The notes under the pieces: model-generated
What the model saw: the letters and a program-made list of their open reading frames with translations, nothing else
The model's database searches: none
What the model was told of the DNA's origin: nothing
In this document: one piece after another, positions 37,301 through 50,535 of the stretch
How the letters are laid out: each line of letters opens with the position of its first letter
Numbering within the stretch: position 1 is the first letter of the stretch
Made by a program: the position numbers and the translations under genes
From: Raillietiella orientalis
Lineage: Eukaryota
Assembly: GCA_036172245.1 (NCBI GenBank)
Contig: JAYWIR010000008.1
Location: 1,488,001 to 1,552,000 of the forward strand
DNA: 64,000 nucleotides
Direction of reading: 5' to 3'

Positions 37301-40300
37301 CAAGGAGATGACGGCGGCCAGGGGACGGGGGTGCGCGCTTGAGCAGCTCGCTTGCTCCTGAGCGCCGAGTTTTCCAGCGAAAGGGAGGCAAGGGGGGGGG
37401 GGGGAGTAGGAGGTGGAAAAGCGCGCATCGTTTCCCCACTCCCCGTCGAAGGTTCCTTTTCCTTGTTCCAGCTGATTGGCTCATCACGAAGAGCACGACG
37501 TCAGGAGACGTATGACAAATGATGTTTATCCAAGAAGTTCCCGGCTACCGCACGAACTGGCGCGGGTCCCCACGTAAACACGGAAAGGGGGGGGGTGGGG
37601 GGAAACAAAGCGTCCAACCTGGCAGCGGAGACGGAGGAGAGGTTATTAATAGATCGGCGATCTTGCGGGCTGTCGTCATCGGGCAGGCGTTTTTCCCTCC
37701 CCTCTCCTCCCCCTCCTTCCTCCCTTCCTTTTTTTTTTTTTTGCCTTTTTTTCACCTTCTATCCTCCCTACCCCTTCTCGCTCTCACTTTTTAGCTTTCC
37801 TAGTAACGGGCCGTACTTGGCGTTAGGGGAGCAGGAAGAAAGGAGGAGGAGGAGGATAAAGGAAGAGTAGGTAGAAAGGGAGTGAAGAGAAGACGAAGAT
37901 GTGGGCAGGTGCGAGAAAGCGAGTGGCACCAAAGGCTCAGGGGTGGACTCAACTCTATCCAGACGAGCCCTTGGACGAACCGGCACCTCTACGTAGCGAT
38001 ACGGGGATGTATACTCTGGAGGGAAGGTGATGGAGGAAGCAGGAAATGAACTGCGAGATGCGGGGAAGAGGAGGGGGCAGAGGAGGCGTTCGGGTCGGAG
38101 TTTCTTCAGGGCTGTCGGCGTAGGCAAGGAGGAGAGGAGGGGGAGGGGGGCAGCGAGCGAAATTCGATCTTCTGAGAGTTCATTTGTTTTTTTTCTTTCC
38201 TCCTCCTCCTTCTTCTCGTTCTTTCTTTTTTTTTTTTTACTTCTCGTTCCCTTTTGCCCTTTTTTCGATTACCCGGTCGGATTGCCCAAGGAGCTCTTGG
38301 ATTCCCATCGGCGGCGCGTGGGCGATACGTGAAGAGAGAGGGGAGGGGGGATGCTTTCCCATCCTCCTATCCGCATTAGGAGCATAAGAGGACATGCCCT
38401 CGAGGGCAGGAAGGAAGTGGGATGAGGGTGAGCTTCCTGTGGCCTCGAGCAGAGCAGCGGATGACCCGCCCATCTCTCTCATTTTGCCGTGGCCTCCCGC
38501 CCCCTCTCTCCACCCCTCTTCCGCTTTCGGTAGATCTCCCTCTCTTCCTTCACTCCCTTCTTCTCCCTCTCCCTCGGTCCCACCCCATCTGTCCTCGCGA
38601 CTGCACTCATTACCGCCAGCTCGCGTTCCTCCGGGAGTTTCCGGGAATCGTTCACGTCCGACAAATTGGCACCGGAGTCCTGGCTTCATTCCCCGCCCCC
38701 CGTCCTTCCCTCTCCGACTTCCCTGCTCCCTTCTTTTGCCACGAGGGAGAGCCTCGTCGCTCCCTCGCTTCTCCCGCTCCCGTGGACTCTCTGAGAGGAC
38801 AGCGGACGGTGCACCCTCATATCTTCCTCAAGGGGGTTCATGGACAAGCATGAACAAGGGGATGATGTACCTCTCCCTAGTGGACCAACGGCAGTCAGTA
38901 GTGGGGAAGCCTTTTGGGTGCTCCTCCTCCTCCAGCTTCCCTTCTGTTTCCTCCCCAGGTTCGCGCTCACCTCCGCTCATCCCCTCGGATCTTGGCCTCT
39001 ACTTTTCGCTTCTACGCTTCTTTACCACCTGCAGCATCTGAGGGGCTCCCGAGCGCACTGAGGAGCCCCAGGAGTCTGCTCCGCTCTCTCATCCCAGACC
39101 ACGGCTGACACTTTTCCCTGGCCGGGAGGAAGAGAAGCGCGAGGGGCTTCTGAGGGAATCTGAGCGCGCCGGCGACATGGAATGCAGGGGAGGGAATGGG
39201 GGGAAGTGCACCATGGCTCCAGCGTGAAACTCTGCTGCTCTTTGGCTGATTCGACTTGGCGAATCAGCGAGATCCCGTTCCTGCGCTGCTTCCCATCCTG
39301 GAGACGAGGGACCGATAGCAATGGTGTTACCTCCTTTAAAAGCCACCGCCTTCCTTTTTGCTGCTCATCCCACCTACCCACCCTTTTTTTTTTTTTTTTT
39401 TTTCCCATCACTAGAGAGCACCGACGAACGAGGAAGACGGGATTTAGGGATCGCTTTCCTGCAAAGCCTCACTTCCGTCGCTGCCTATCCTTCGCGCGAA
39501 CTGCAGATTCTTGGAAATCAACCCTGCGCGGTCGAGAAAGTTTCGCTTTTCTCCAGGGGGGCTTCCCAGATTGCGCAATGTTTAATGTCGTTTCACTCCA
39601 GAGGGACCTATTTGTTTACTCAGTCGGATTTCTAGGCAGACACTGATTGGTGGGTTCGAACTTCTCGCTAGCAGCTGTAAGCGCAGGACCCTCAAAGGTG
39701 GTCTGCGAAAGCTGAAGTTTTACACGTGGGTGCCAGCACATCCCGGTTTTTTCCTGAATCTCGTGCTCCGAATTTCGGAAATCCCTCTCCGGTTTTTTTT
39801 CTTTTATCTTTTCCGAAAGAGTTTCCAGGATGAATTCCCATGGAAACCTCGTTGGATCGCTCACGATCGCGCGCGACGTCCCGGCCGCGTCGGCGAACTC
39901 AGGAGAACAAATCTGCCCGCAGAGAGACAAGTTTTGCTTCCGGTTCGATTCAGCAATCTCCTTGCAGCAATCCTCAGCAAGCAGCTTCCAGCAACCTCCA
40001 GCAATTGTCTGAAAAAAACTTTGTTCGTCGTTGTTCGCAACCTGCGGAGAGCGGGCTCCTTGTCCAAACTCGACACAGAGCTGCTCCGACTCAGAAGATC
40101 GGAAAGGCGCGAAGGGAGGGGGAGAGGGTGTGGCGGGTGGAGGGAAGAGGGATGGACTATCCAAAGTTGTGCATCTCCGTCACCGATCGGTGGTGTTGCT
40201 GTTCCCAGAGAGAGCTTTTGCAGCTCCCGTTTTCCACTTGGACTGCCCTCCAGTTCCTTCCAGAGATCGCTGGATCAGAGCAGGAAAAGGATGGAACCCG

Positions 40301-40469
40301 TATTGATGGATAAGATGGATCCGCTGTTCCGCCTGAGAGTGAGGGACAAGAGCCGAGATGAATGGTGGCGTTTGGATTCCTGCAGGCACGCTCCATGCCC
40401 GTTGTTAGGACTTGCCACAGGTCCCAGAAACCCACAAGAACCAGTTAGATGGTACAAGACAGAACTCAC

Positions 40470-40489
40470 AGATGCGGCGGCCGAAACCT
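40470..40489 (-). other. Candidate 20-nt microexon
   Basis: On the minus strand: a CACTGAC branch-like site, an ~80-nt pyrimidine-rich tract, then TTTTTTTTTCCAG|AGGTTTCGGCCGCCGCATCT|GTGAGT. Confidence 0.4.
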
Positions 40490-43400
40490 CTGGAAAAAAA
40501 AATAGTTATAACGAGAACAGCATGAAAAGGTCAAGGGAAAGAGAGGGAGCGAGAAGAAAAAAAAGGGAAAAAATGTCAGTGAAAGTATGCAACAAAGCAT
40601 TGGTGATGGTAAAGAGTTTAGTGGACATGACAGTGAATGGCAGTGGAGGGCTTTCCCAGCTGCAGCAGCAACGAAGCATGAAAGTTAATCGGCGACCACC
40701 AGAAAAAAAAGGTGAGGGGGGGGGAAGAGAGGACAAGCACAAAGAGTGTTTTTCCAGGAACAGCCTCTCGGAATCTGCGCGTGCCGGAAGACGCGATACG
40801 ATGCCAGGGCGAGGAGGAGGAGAAAGTCTCGCTGCTGGAGTGTTCCCGGCAATCGGTGCTGCATTCCGAGGTCTCTTCGTCACACCTCCGCTCCGCCTCA
40901 CCTTCGCTCTCATGTCACCGGTGCTGTTAGCTGAAGCTGAGCTCCTCTGCGAGCCTGCTGCTGAGCATCCTCCCAGTCCTACTTCCTCTTGATGAGGCGG
41001 GTTGGATGCTGGACCTCTTCTCAGGAACGGAGCCGCTTCTCTTCTTCCCTCTACGCCTCCTCCTATCGCCGGCGCTGAGACTCCGCCCCGAAATTCGCTC
41101 TGAGAAGGAAAGCCAGGAAAGCCGAATGTTGTAGCAGAGCGGTTTCAGGCACAGACAGCGTCCGTGGTCCAGACTACCACCACTCCTGTGCATTTGGATC
41201 CTTGGGTGTGGACAAACATCGTCCAAAGCTTCTGGAAGGATACCTGCCTACAGCCTCTATCCCCTTCCCCCGCATTCTCGACGGAAGGTTCTTCGCGGAT
41301 GTGCTGCTTCCAGATGTCGAAAGAATCGATGCGCTCAGCATACTTCATCGGGATCTTTGATGCAGTATGACCATCACGAAACATCAGGAGATCCGGAGGA
41401 GCCATCGAGCGAAGGTCTAAAGCAGCCTGGTAACGGCCAGATAGATTCTGGGTCATGACAACCATCCCAATCCCTCAGTATTCTTCCTCGCGTACTCACG
41501 AGATGGAGGAGAACCTTTTTGCAGTGGCAGCTCTTGCCGGAGCGACTGAAGGGCAAGCCACATCATGGGTGACCCGAGGAGGACCGGGGCTCCAGCGATC
41601 GGGGACTTTCATCTTCGCCTGCATCTCCTTCACATCACCTTCTCGGAGTAAACAAACAAGCACAGCTCTCCAAGCCGGCTCAGCTGACTCGCCAGGAGAT
41701 GATGATTTGGCGCATTCGATGACCGCAGAACGCCTCGAAGAAAATGGGAAGGGACGACAGATGGCCGCTAGTGATCCGCCACTTGCTACCTGGTTGTCAT
41801 TGCCATCGACAGTTCTGGACGCGCAGGAAGGCGGGGAGCGGGGGACTCGCACGCGAGAGGCGTGGCTCTGGCAGGCAGTTTGTCCGGACTCTTTCGAGAG
41901 CGCGGAATGCCTGCGACGGGCTGCTGCATGGGGAGGGTAGCTGACAAAAGGGATCCTCGCCAGACTGTTTGCGAAAGAACAAAAAAACAACAACAAATAA
42001 AAATGCGACGAGGACGCGCGCGCTCCGGTCTGCAGACATGTTGGGACTCATCACGTCATCCTCTGGAGGAAAGGCTGCCGTTAGCGACGCAGGGGATCTC
42101 GGAATGGCGCTCTCCGCCGTCACAACGGCGGCGACGGGGCTCTTGCCAGGAGCGCAGAGCGCCCTCCACTCCCCGAAACGCAAAGGTGGAATTTTCTTCC
42201 CGGCGGAATCCGAAAGTCCATGCCGGTCTTGGGCTGGGATCATGCGAGGGGCTGCTAATCCGTCGATCCCCTGAAAGGCACGGATGATCTTCCCAAAGTC
42301 TGGGAGCCTTCCTTGTTCGCAAATGGTGACAGCTACAGGCAGAGATCGCATCCGTCCTTTCAGAGGGTCTCCTTTCTCTTCCCCCCTTTTCTGGACCTCT
42401 CCCTTCTGGAATTCAGCCCCTCTGTCTGAGCTCTTCGTTCCACGTCCTCCTCCCCTCGGGTCCTTAACGAATCGGGACCACCTAGAGTCCTCTATTCCCT
42501 TGCTAGGCGGGAAAAGGGTCCTTTCGAGGGTCGTCCGGGCTACTCCTCCTCTTTCCCCCCATTCTCGCCCTGCACGTGGAGCACTCGCGGGCCCCCACTA
42601 CGGAATTGAGTTCAGCTTTGCATCCCTCATCTCCGGTGCTACAAACTCAGGGAGAACGACTGCTTCTGTTTTCACCGCTGACCCCATCCCCTCCCCCTTC
42701 TCAGTCCCCGCCGGGAGTCCATCGTCGGCTGGTGTCGATCCCGGCAGAGTTTTCCGATGTACGCTGTGGAGTTCTTCGGCACAGGCATCCCTGAATTTAT
42801 CCGACCGCCGACTCCTTCAAAACGGTGAGGAGATCCGAGAAGCTTCTCGAAAGGGTGCAGCCGTCCATCGAGGCGTGTGCAGGCGCCCGCCGAAACGGTG
42901 CGACGCGCCCGTCACGCCGTCCCGTGCAAAGCCGAGGTCACCCTCGGGCTGCTGTTTTCCCTTGCGCGACAAGAGTCTGACCAAGGGGAAGGGGACGTGG
43001 GCGATTCTGCGCTGCCCTCCGTTCCCAAGCATCGGGGCAAGGAGAAGAGCTCTCAGTGGGTTCAGGGGAGAGGCAGAAGCTTCCCGTCCATGAACTGGGC
43101 TTCCTTGACGACTGTTATGTATCTGGGTGTGTGGGTCCGTCGCTGATCCTTCAGGATCTGAGGTGGGAATTCCCAGTCCCCCGGAGCGAGAAGTGCCGAG
43201 CGTTCTCATCCGAGAGGTGGCCAAGAGGAAAATCTGGGGGAGGCAACTAAGACTCACGAGAGGCGATTTAGCTCCCGAGTGGATGCTCCAGCTCAAGTTC
43301 CACCCGTTTCCTCCTGAAGACTGAAGACGGCCACTCGTCTTTCGCACCAGCAGCCAGGCCCCATGGAAATCCAATGGAACTCGCTGACTTGAGAGGGGTG

Positions 43401-44271
43401 GATCCAGAACAGTGGCACCACCTTTTTTTTGTTTCAATGCGCGGATTTTCCGCGCTGCTTCCTAGCGTCCTTCTCATCCCTTCGAATGCTCCCCACTCGG
43501 AGGGATCAACAGAAGTCCAGGACCCGAGCGACACCCCCTGATAGACTCGATAAGGCATCAGAGGGGAGATCTGGTTCGATATGTAGGGAAAGGATCTTTG
43601 TTCACTTCCCTCGGGATGCGGGGCGGGCTGAGTTGCCCATTCCTCTTCCTCCCTCGACCTGAGCCCTTCGTTCCTCCAGGGCTCACCGTCGCCCCCGACA
43701 GTATGCGGTTCTCCGTCTCCACCCCTGCCTGACCGTCATTCCGGAGGGGCATTCGACACGGAATTCTCGCTTCCGCCCGCCGTCCGGGTCTTTCCGGTCC
43801 ACCGCCGCTTCTCGTAATGCTTCAGCGTCGAATCAGCAGCCATCTCCCGGCAGCAGCTCTCGCCTTTGTCTTTCCGCGGGGTTCCTGCTGACTTCCAGAC
43901 TTCAAGGTCGAAGCGCGCGCGCTGCGAGCAGGCTCGATTTCCCGAGCTGCGCTCAGCCTCCGGCGACCTCTCTGACCGCGAGGCAGCCCTCCGCTCGCGA
44001 CGCGACTCTCGTTAGCCCCCAGTTGCCAAAAAAAGCGGGGACCGGCTTGCTGTAGGCCCATCACTGTTTTTCTGGGGTCTCTTCGTGGAGGTTCACGGAT
44101 CGGCGTGAACTACAAACTGGTACTGAGCCGTGCGCACATCCATTCCCCTTCCCCCTCCTTACCGACCCCTTCTCTTCTCCCCCCCTTCAAGACGTGAACT
44201 TGCCGTCCACGAGCTAACGCCCACCTTCCTTTCCGGCAGTCCCCTCTCTGCACCCTGCTTGTCGGTGGTTT

Positions 44272-44448
44272 CCAGTCCTGAAGGCGGGCCGGCAACCTGG
44301 AGATGAACTGCCTTCGCGCACGAGTGGTCACCGAAGAGGTGCTGGTGATCGTCGGCTGCAACCAGCTGCAGCGCGGCAGACCGTTGCCGGAGGCATGGGG
44401 CCGAATGGGGCGGGGAAAACGTGCCTGGAAGAGGAAGCGACATATGTG
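44272..44448 (-). mobile_element. Possible decayed gypsy gag (Gmr1-like)/SCAN-domain fragment
   Basis: The minus frame reads CRFLFQARFPRPIRPHASGNGLPRCSWLQPTITSTSSVTTRARRQFISRLPARLQDW, resembling the SCAN pattern RxRF..P..L..C.WLxP(~15)QFxxxLPxxLQxW. Alignment by eye only. Confidence 0.3.
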
Positions 44449-44759
44449 AACCCGTGCGATGGGAATTCGGGGGTGGTACCTGGGGAGGGGTTCTTTGGTA
44501 CCAAGGAACTGCCTCTGGAAAATCCCTTTCTAGACAGAGTGGGACTGACCTCCAGGAGACTCGGAGAAACAGCTGTTGCTTCCGGAAGGCCGCGAGCTGG
44601 CTGCCTAGACCTATGCTAGAAGGAGTTCACCCCCCTTCCCTCTCCTGAGCGGTAGAAGAGGAAACAGAAAGGGAAGAAGGATAAGGAAGAGAAAAGCGAA
44701 AAAGGAGGAGTGTGTCAGGGGAGGAGAAGAGGAGATGGGGGTGGAGCAAAGAGAGAAAT

Positions 44760-44955
44760 CCTCCAGGAAATCCACCCCGAAAGCACGACGGAACTGACCG
44801 CCGGCGAGGGGAGGGACATCTGTCATCGCCCGTCGCCGCTGGAGGAGCCACGAGCTGGACAAGGAGGCAGCTGAGAGGTTGTGGAAAGTCCGCGCCAGTC
44901 TGTCTGGACAGAAGCACAGAAAAGAATGGACGGAGGTGGCCTTCCCTCCGTGCCT
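44760..44955 (+). repeat. Dispersed diverged repeat, copy A
   Basis: GCACGACGGAACTGACCGCC...GGAGGAGCCACGAGCTGGACAAGGAGGCAGCTGAGAGGTTGTGGAAAGTCCGCG...AGAATGGAC...CCCTCCG aligns by eye with copy B at about 50340-50535. Boundaries are approximate. Confidence 0.8.
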
Positions 44956-47184
44956 GCTCGCAGTGGATCAAAGGCATGGAGGTTGGACATGGAGATCAGG
45001 GAAGGGCTCCCCGATTCCGGCGGCAGGGAGCACTCCCGTTTCGGGGCGCTGGTGGAGAACCGGAACACTAGCCAGGAAGCACCGCCGCATCCGAGAAGAA
45101 GGGGTGACCTCTGGTAACCTCACCCTTCTGTGCCTCGAATGCGCCGCCCTCATGTGCAGCTCGTTGTTCTGGACGTCTGTTCTCGTTCATCGGTGTGGGC
45201 ACCTGACGGGAGAGCCGTTCTCGCTCCTCGCACCGTCCCCGAGTTGCCCTCTTCTTCCCCTCCCTCCTACCACGAAAAATCCCCTTTCCTCCTCACCTTC
45301 CCTCGTTCCGCTGGAAAGCTCGAGAAGTGCCGCTGCTTGAGACAACCGCGAAATCGCAAAGGGTGGGGGGTCGCGTCCGCGTTGCGCTCAGCCAATGATC
45401 CGTTCGGCTCGAAGTTCTCCGACTCGTTAGCCCGAATGACCTCCCTTTCCCCCTCCCTCCCCCCAGCGTTTCCCTGCCAGTCACTTCCGAGCGACCTGCA
45501 ACGTGGGAAAGACACTGCCAGGAGGCACGCCCTCGAAGAGTTCGCTTCTGTTTGCTTTTGAACCGCCGGACGCGCTCCGCAAACACTAGGAGAAGTGGCG
45601 GTGATTGCGCGTCGCCCATTCGGCGCCCCGTCTCGCAGGTGGTGGTGTCCAGGGCAATGGCGAGATGGCTCGAAGGCCTCAACAGAAGCTCTCTGACAAG
45701 GGGAACCAAACACGGTGGGACAGGGAAAGAGCTCCGGGTCGCGCATCTTCTGCTTGCCTCCTGACCACACCTTCCCCGGTGGCTTGCAACGCGCCAGTGG
45801 ACGCGTCAGCACCGCCGCTCTGCTTCCGACGGACCTCAGTGATCCCACCAGTTTCCTTCTCTTCTCCCTTCCCTCCCCGGACACCCCTCGTCCCCATGCT
45901 CTGCCTACCCAGAAGGGGTGACCGCGCGAGTCTCACTTTAGCTGAAAGACACCTTCGAGGTGGCGTGGTAACCAGCGGGTTCCCTCCTGCCTTCCCGCGA
46001 GAGCTATCCGGGACGACACCCTCTGGGGAGTGGCTGGCACGTGGCGCGCCGTTTCCCCGGGAACTCGCAGATTGAAATTCCGCGATGCGGCCGGGGAGGG
46101 CGAAGCCCTCTGTGCCGATGCCGATCCGCCTTCCCCCGGACCCTTCTTCCCTCTCCAGCAGGCGGTCTCCTCTTCCGCGGCAAGGCGGAAGGAATAGGCG
46201 GGTCTACGGCCTCGGGTTAGTTCCGGACGGGGAGGAACGGGCAGGGGTGAAAAGAGTCTACGAGCACTGGGACCGGGGATGGGCGGGGATGGATGCCCGG
46301 AGTCTCAGGCGGGAGACGCGCAGTCCCGGCTACATCTTCTTCCCCCTCCGCTTCCTTCAGGAGAAGAAAAGGTTACTTTACTAGCCTTTACTTGCTCGCA
46401 CGAACGCCGCTGCGAGAGGGACATCAGGGGGTTCCTCCAAGGGAACGCTGAGTCGCCCCGCATCAAGGCCCAGTGGGATCTCCGAGAGAAGCTCCAGCGC
46501 TCCCGGTGCCCTGCGACCGGAGACCGTACGGGGGAATCTTCGGGAAGAGGGGGTAGTGCGGTCATCCACCCAGGCATCGAAGTCCCATTTCGAGGGAGGT
46601 CCCAGCTGTTCTCTCCCGAGATCCAGGGGGTAGTCCTCGCGGATCCCCGCTGCTGCTGCCTGCTGCTGCTGCTGCTCCCGCAGCTTCCCTGAGCGACTGC
46701 TAGGAAAGCTCTGTTCCACTATAAGAAAGGGTAACTTCCCCATTAGGGGAACCCCCTTTCCCCCCTTCCCCCGACGCGCCATCTGCCGGGATCAACGGTC
46801 CTGTGGTCCTCCTGCAGCGCCGCTCCCTCAAAAGAGCCAGCCAGATTTCCCCGGCAGTGCAAACCCATCGGAGAAATCTGGCCTCCTCCCTGAGCTTTCA
46901 GGAAGAGAAGGGGGAAAGAAAGAAAGGCGGGAACCCTTCCTGTTACTTTCTCCCTCCCGCCCCCCCCCCCTCCTTTTCAGGAGCGCCGGTGCCACACGGG
47001 GGTTTCTGTCCGAGATTTGGGTCGGCTGGGTTGGCGCCTCCTCTTGTCCCCCACTCTCACCCTTCGACCCCCCTACCCTACCGACCAGACTCCCTCTCCT
47101 TCTTCCGTTCTTCTCCCCTCCCTCCCCCGGATCCCATCGCAATCCAGAGAAGCAAACCCCCCGCGTCGCTGGCGCAGGAGCGAT

Positions 47185-47310
47185 GGGGCGGGGGAGAGGA
47201 AGTGACGCAAGGGAAGCGCCTGCTCGCGACCGACCGAGGTATCAACCCCGTCGCCCGGACAACGGAAAGTCACTCCCGCCTGGCTGTTCGGATTTCGGGC
47301 GTGGCTTCCG
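47185..47310. promoter_or_regulatory. Promoter-like motif cluster: GC box plus ETS/half-CRE composite
   Basis: GGGGCGGGG at about 47185, GGAAGTGACG at 47198-47207 and CTTCCGG at about 47305. These are motif matches only, in GC-rich DNA. Confidence 0.3.
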
Positions 47311-50104
47311 GGATAATCGGATTTTTCCCCGAATGGAGCTGTCAGTCTCGTGACGGCAGGGATCCCGGGCGGGCGGCGGGGAAGAGGAGGAGGAGGCGCG
47401 GGGAGGGGGGGAGATGAGCGCTCCCGTGTCCCTTGTCATCTGGGGTGCGCGTGGGAAGAAGGTCGGCTGCTGGGAGGGAGGGGCGTCCAGCTGGCTGCGT
47501 CCGTCAGTCTTGCCCTTCTCCCCTCCTCCCGTCTCTTTGGCTGCCCTGCAGGGTGAGAGACGGGAATGGACATGGAGGCGGAACTCTCTCCCCTTTCCGC
47601 TCCCTTTTTTTTCTTCTTTTCTCTTCCTTCTCCTCCTCTTTCCTTCCTTCCCTCCCCCCTACAAGCAGGAGGACGCCCCACCTATTTGACCCTCGCCCAC
47701 CGGATGCAGCCCTCCTTCCTCTCCATCCCGCAAGCCCCTTCTCTCTCCTTCCCGGCCTTCCCTCCTTCCGACTGCCGGTGAAAGTCCACCCGCCGTCCCG
47801 GAACAAGGGAGGGAGAGGCTTTCACGGGAAGGATTCCTTTGATCCCTCAAGGGTCCGATTGTTGGTCTCATTTGGCGCCGGGGTCATCACGAGCGAGCGA
47901 CGACAGCTCGCCCAGGCGCCCCACCGCCTCGCCTTTGTTGCTGGAAAAACAGGCCCGGGGAAGGGGGAGATTAGGCGGACGCTCCGCAGGGAGATCCCGG
48001 AGTCCTCTCCTACGCGCCTATCCCGGAATCAGCGGAAAGCTGTCAGGGGGGTGACGCAGGTCTTGCTGCGATCTCTCGGCACTGAGTCTCTCTGGGCAAC
48101 AGCCCAGGGGAGCATTCTGCCTCTTCCACAGCCCTAGTCCGAAAGAGGGGAAAAAAGGGAGTTTCGTCCCCACCCCTTCCCCCGGAGGAGAGGGGAATCA
48201 TCCCTCTGCCCTGAACTTGCCTTCTTCTTCCCCCGCCACCTTCCTGTTGGCGTTCCCTGATCGGCACCATCTAGCTCGCCACACCGACCGCTGCTTCGTG
48301 TCCCTTCCCCTCCCAGTACCACCGTTGCCAGAGACAACGCGTCTCCCGCACGCCTCCCTACGAGACTGTCTCGCCCGAGAGAAGCGGGTGGGGATCTCGA
48401 AGGAGGGGGAAGAGGCACCAAGCAACCTCCTCCGAAGGTTGCCTGGTGCCCGAGGGCGTCGTGAGTCTCTGAGCGCGGTGTCGCAGGATCGCGCCCTCCT
48501 CTGCTCTTCAAGAGACGCTCCCCTCTTCTCCTCTCCCTAGGATTCTTCCGCTGGAGAGGGAGGGGGAGGGAAAAGGTAGAATAACCAGGCGTGGATGGAT
48601 CCGCGTTTCCAGGACGGGTTGATTTCCTACCTTCCTCCTCCCCTTCTCCTCTTTCTCCTCCCCTTCTCCAGGAGGGCAGTCTCCGCCGCCGCCCTTCCGC
48701 CATTGAACCGACCGCGTCCGATCCATCATCCCGGGACGGCGCGTCTCCCTTCCCCACCTCTGAGTGATCGCACGCGCATCGCGGAGATCGAAGTCTGGCG
48801 ACCGGATGGCGCAGACCCCTTCCCTAGCGTCCCTTCCGCTCCCCCTTTTCCTTCCCTCCTTCCTTTTCTTCTCCGTTCCGGCCGTCCGGCGGACTCGGGC
48901 CATGTATCTCGCGGTCCGGGAGGAAAGAGGGAGAAGGTGAGGTGGGAGAAGGGAGAGGATTTCACCCGCGGCGGGAGGAGACGCTGCTCCTCCATCTCCT
49001 TCTACAGGAAAGGGCAAAGCAGGGAGCAGAGGGAGGAAGGGAAGGGAGGAAAGTGCGGGGGCAGAAGATCAGCGGCGTGGGTCCGGTTGCTCGAGGGTAG
49101 CGACAACCCTCAACCTTTGGGGTGCCTCTAGTGCACATCGGAGGAACTCTACTGGCTTGTTAGGTGCTCCCCAGTCCCCCTCGCAGCCGTCGCACGTGAT
49201 GGGGAGGGAAGGTGGATGAGGGATGATCAACAGCTCGCCTCTAATTTCCTCCTTGCGGTCCGGGCTTGAGGGGAGGGGCCGTCTCTCCCCCCTGACGCCT
49301 GCGGAGGTTCCCCCAGGCGGGGATCCTCCGAGCATCCCCGGCACAAAAGGACTGTGCTCGCCAGCCTAAGAGCACCTCCTCGTTTAAACGGGAATCCGCT
49401 GCTAGCGGCTCACCACTCCTAGGAATGGCCTGCGGGAGCACGTGCAGGGCCGGGCATGGACCTCGGAGGAAGGAGAAAGGGAGAGGAGGGGGGGGACCAA
49501 CTGAGTGATCCGCTTCTGGCCCCTTATCCTGCCTCTCTGTTGGCCCTCAGCTGCTTCCCGGCCGGCGCCAGCTCTCTTCCCTCGCTGCTTCGCCCGCAGC
49601 GAAGGAGCTAGCGATGGACCCTACATGCCGGCTCCAAGACGGCGCTTTTCGAAGCGCGAAGCGGGACAGGGAGGCACTCTGGAAGGAGGCCGCGGTCTCT
49701 GGTCGCAGCCGCTGAGGAGGAACTCCTTCCGCTGTCTCTGCCTCCAGCTCGCTACGGCGCCTCTTCGCGAGGTGGAGACAGCCCCTCACTCCCCGTCCCA
49801 TCCCAGCCCCAAGGTGTCATAGCCGTGTACAAAGACGTCAGCAAAGAAGAATCCTTGGAGGGCCGCACCGCAGTTCACGAGCAATTCGCTCTTCCTCTCC
49901 ACCTTTGGTCACTCGTGGGTACCCCAAAGACTCCGGTGACTTGGGTCCTCCCCCTCAATGTCTCCCTTTCCAGTCCTCAAAGTCTGTTAGGCCTTCCAGG
50001 AAGTGTAGCACCTCTCCATCAAGATTCCAGCCTCCCTGCATCTCCCTGTCTCATCGTCTTCACGGTTGTGAGATCTCTGAGTGCTTGGTGGCTCGCAGCG
50101 TGCC

Positions 50105-50535
50105 CTCACTCCCAGGAAGATCAACGCTCTTCCTGAGAGACAAACAGGAAGGGGAAGGGGAAAGAGGAAACAAGCAAGCAAATCAAACATCACAAGCAGC
50201 ATCCGGAGCAGACTGGCAACAGCAGCACCGCAACAGAAGGCGCGGAAGCAAAGGATCTCAACACAGAAGGACTACCAGACAGCAGCTCTGGTGGTGGCGC
50301 CGGAAAGGAGGAGGAAGAGGGAGAAATGGAAAACTCTGAAAAATTCTCCCCCGGGGGCACGACAGAACTGACTGCTACCGAGGAGGGGCATCTGCAATTG
50401 CTGTCGCTGACGGAGGAGCCACGAGCTGGCCGAGGCGACAGCTGTGCGGCTGAGGAACGTCTGCGATGGGTCATCTGCGACGGCGCCTGTCCGCACCGAA
50501 GGACGGAGAATGGACAGCGGTTCTCTGCCCTCCGG
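50105..50535 (+). repeat. Dispersed diverged repeat, copy B
   Basis: The 5' part (AAGATCAACGC, CAAACAG, TCAAAC..CAAGCAGCATCC, CGGAAGCAAA, CAGCTCTGGTGGTG..GGAAAGGAG) matches copy C. The 3' part (GCACGACAGAACTGACTGC, GGAGGAGCCACGAGCTGG, AGAATGGAC) matches copy A. Confidence 0.85.

Noticed and set aside
39615..39675. GTGGGTTCGAA, resembling a tRNA T-loop/B-box
   Set aside because: No T-stem pairing, A-box or cloverleaf.
40466..40489. GFGRRIC peptide on the minus strand resembling the cytochrome P450 heme motif
   Set aside because: It lacks the preceding Phe and the CxG, and I found no other P450 motifs nearby.
39730..40992. Longest ORF (420 aa, plus strand)
   Set aside because: R/S/P/G-rich with no recognisable domain, a non-ATG start, and it runs through poly-A and purine tracts. 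Most likely a chance ORF.
41145..41465. 106-aa minus-strand ORF with protein-like composition, considered as a viral Rep/helicase fragment
   Set aside because: No Walker A/B or rolling-circle motifs, and no assignable family.
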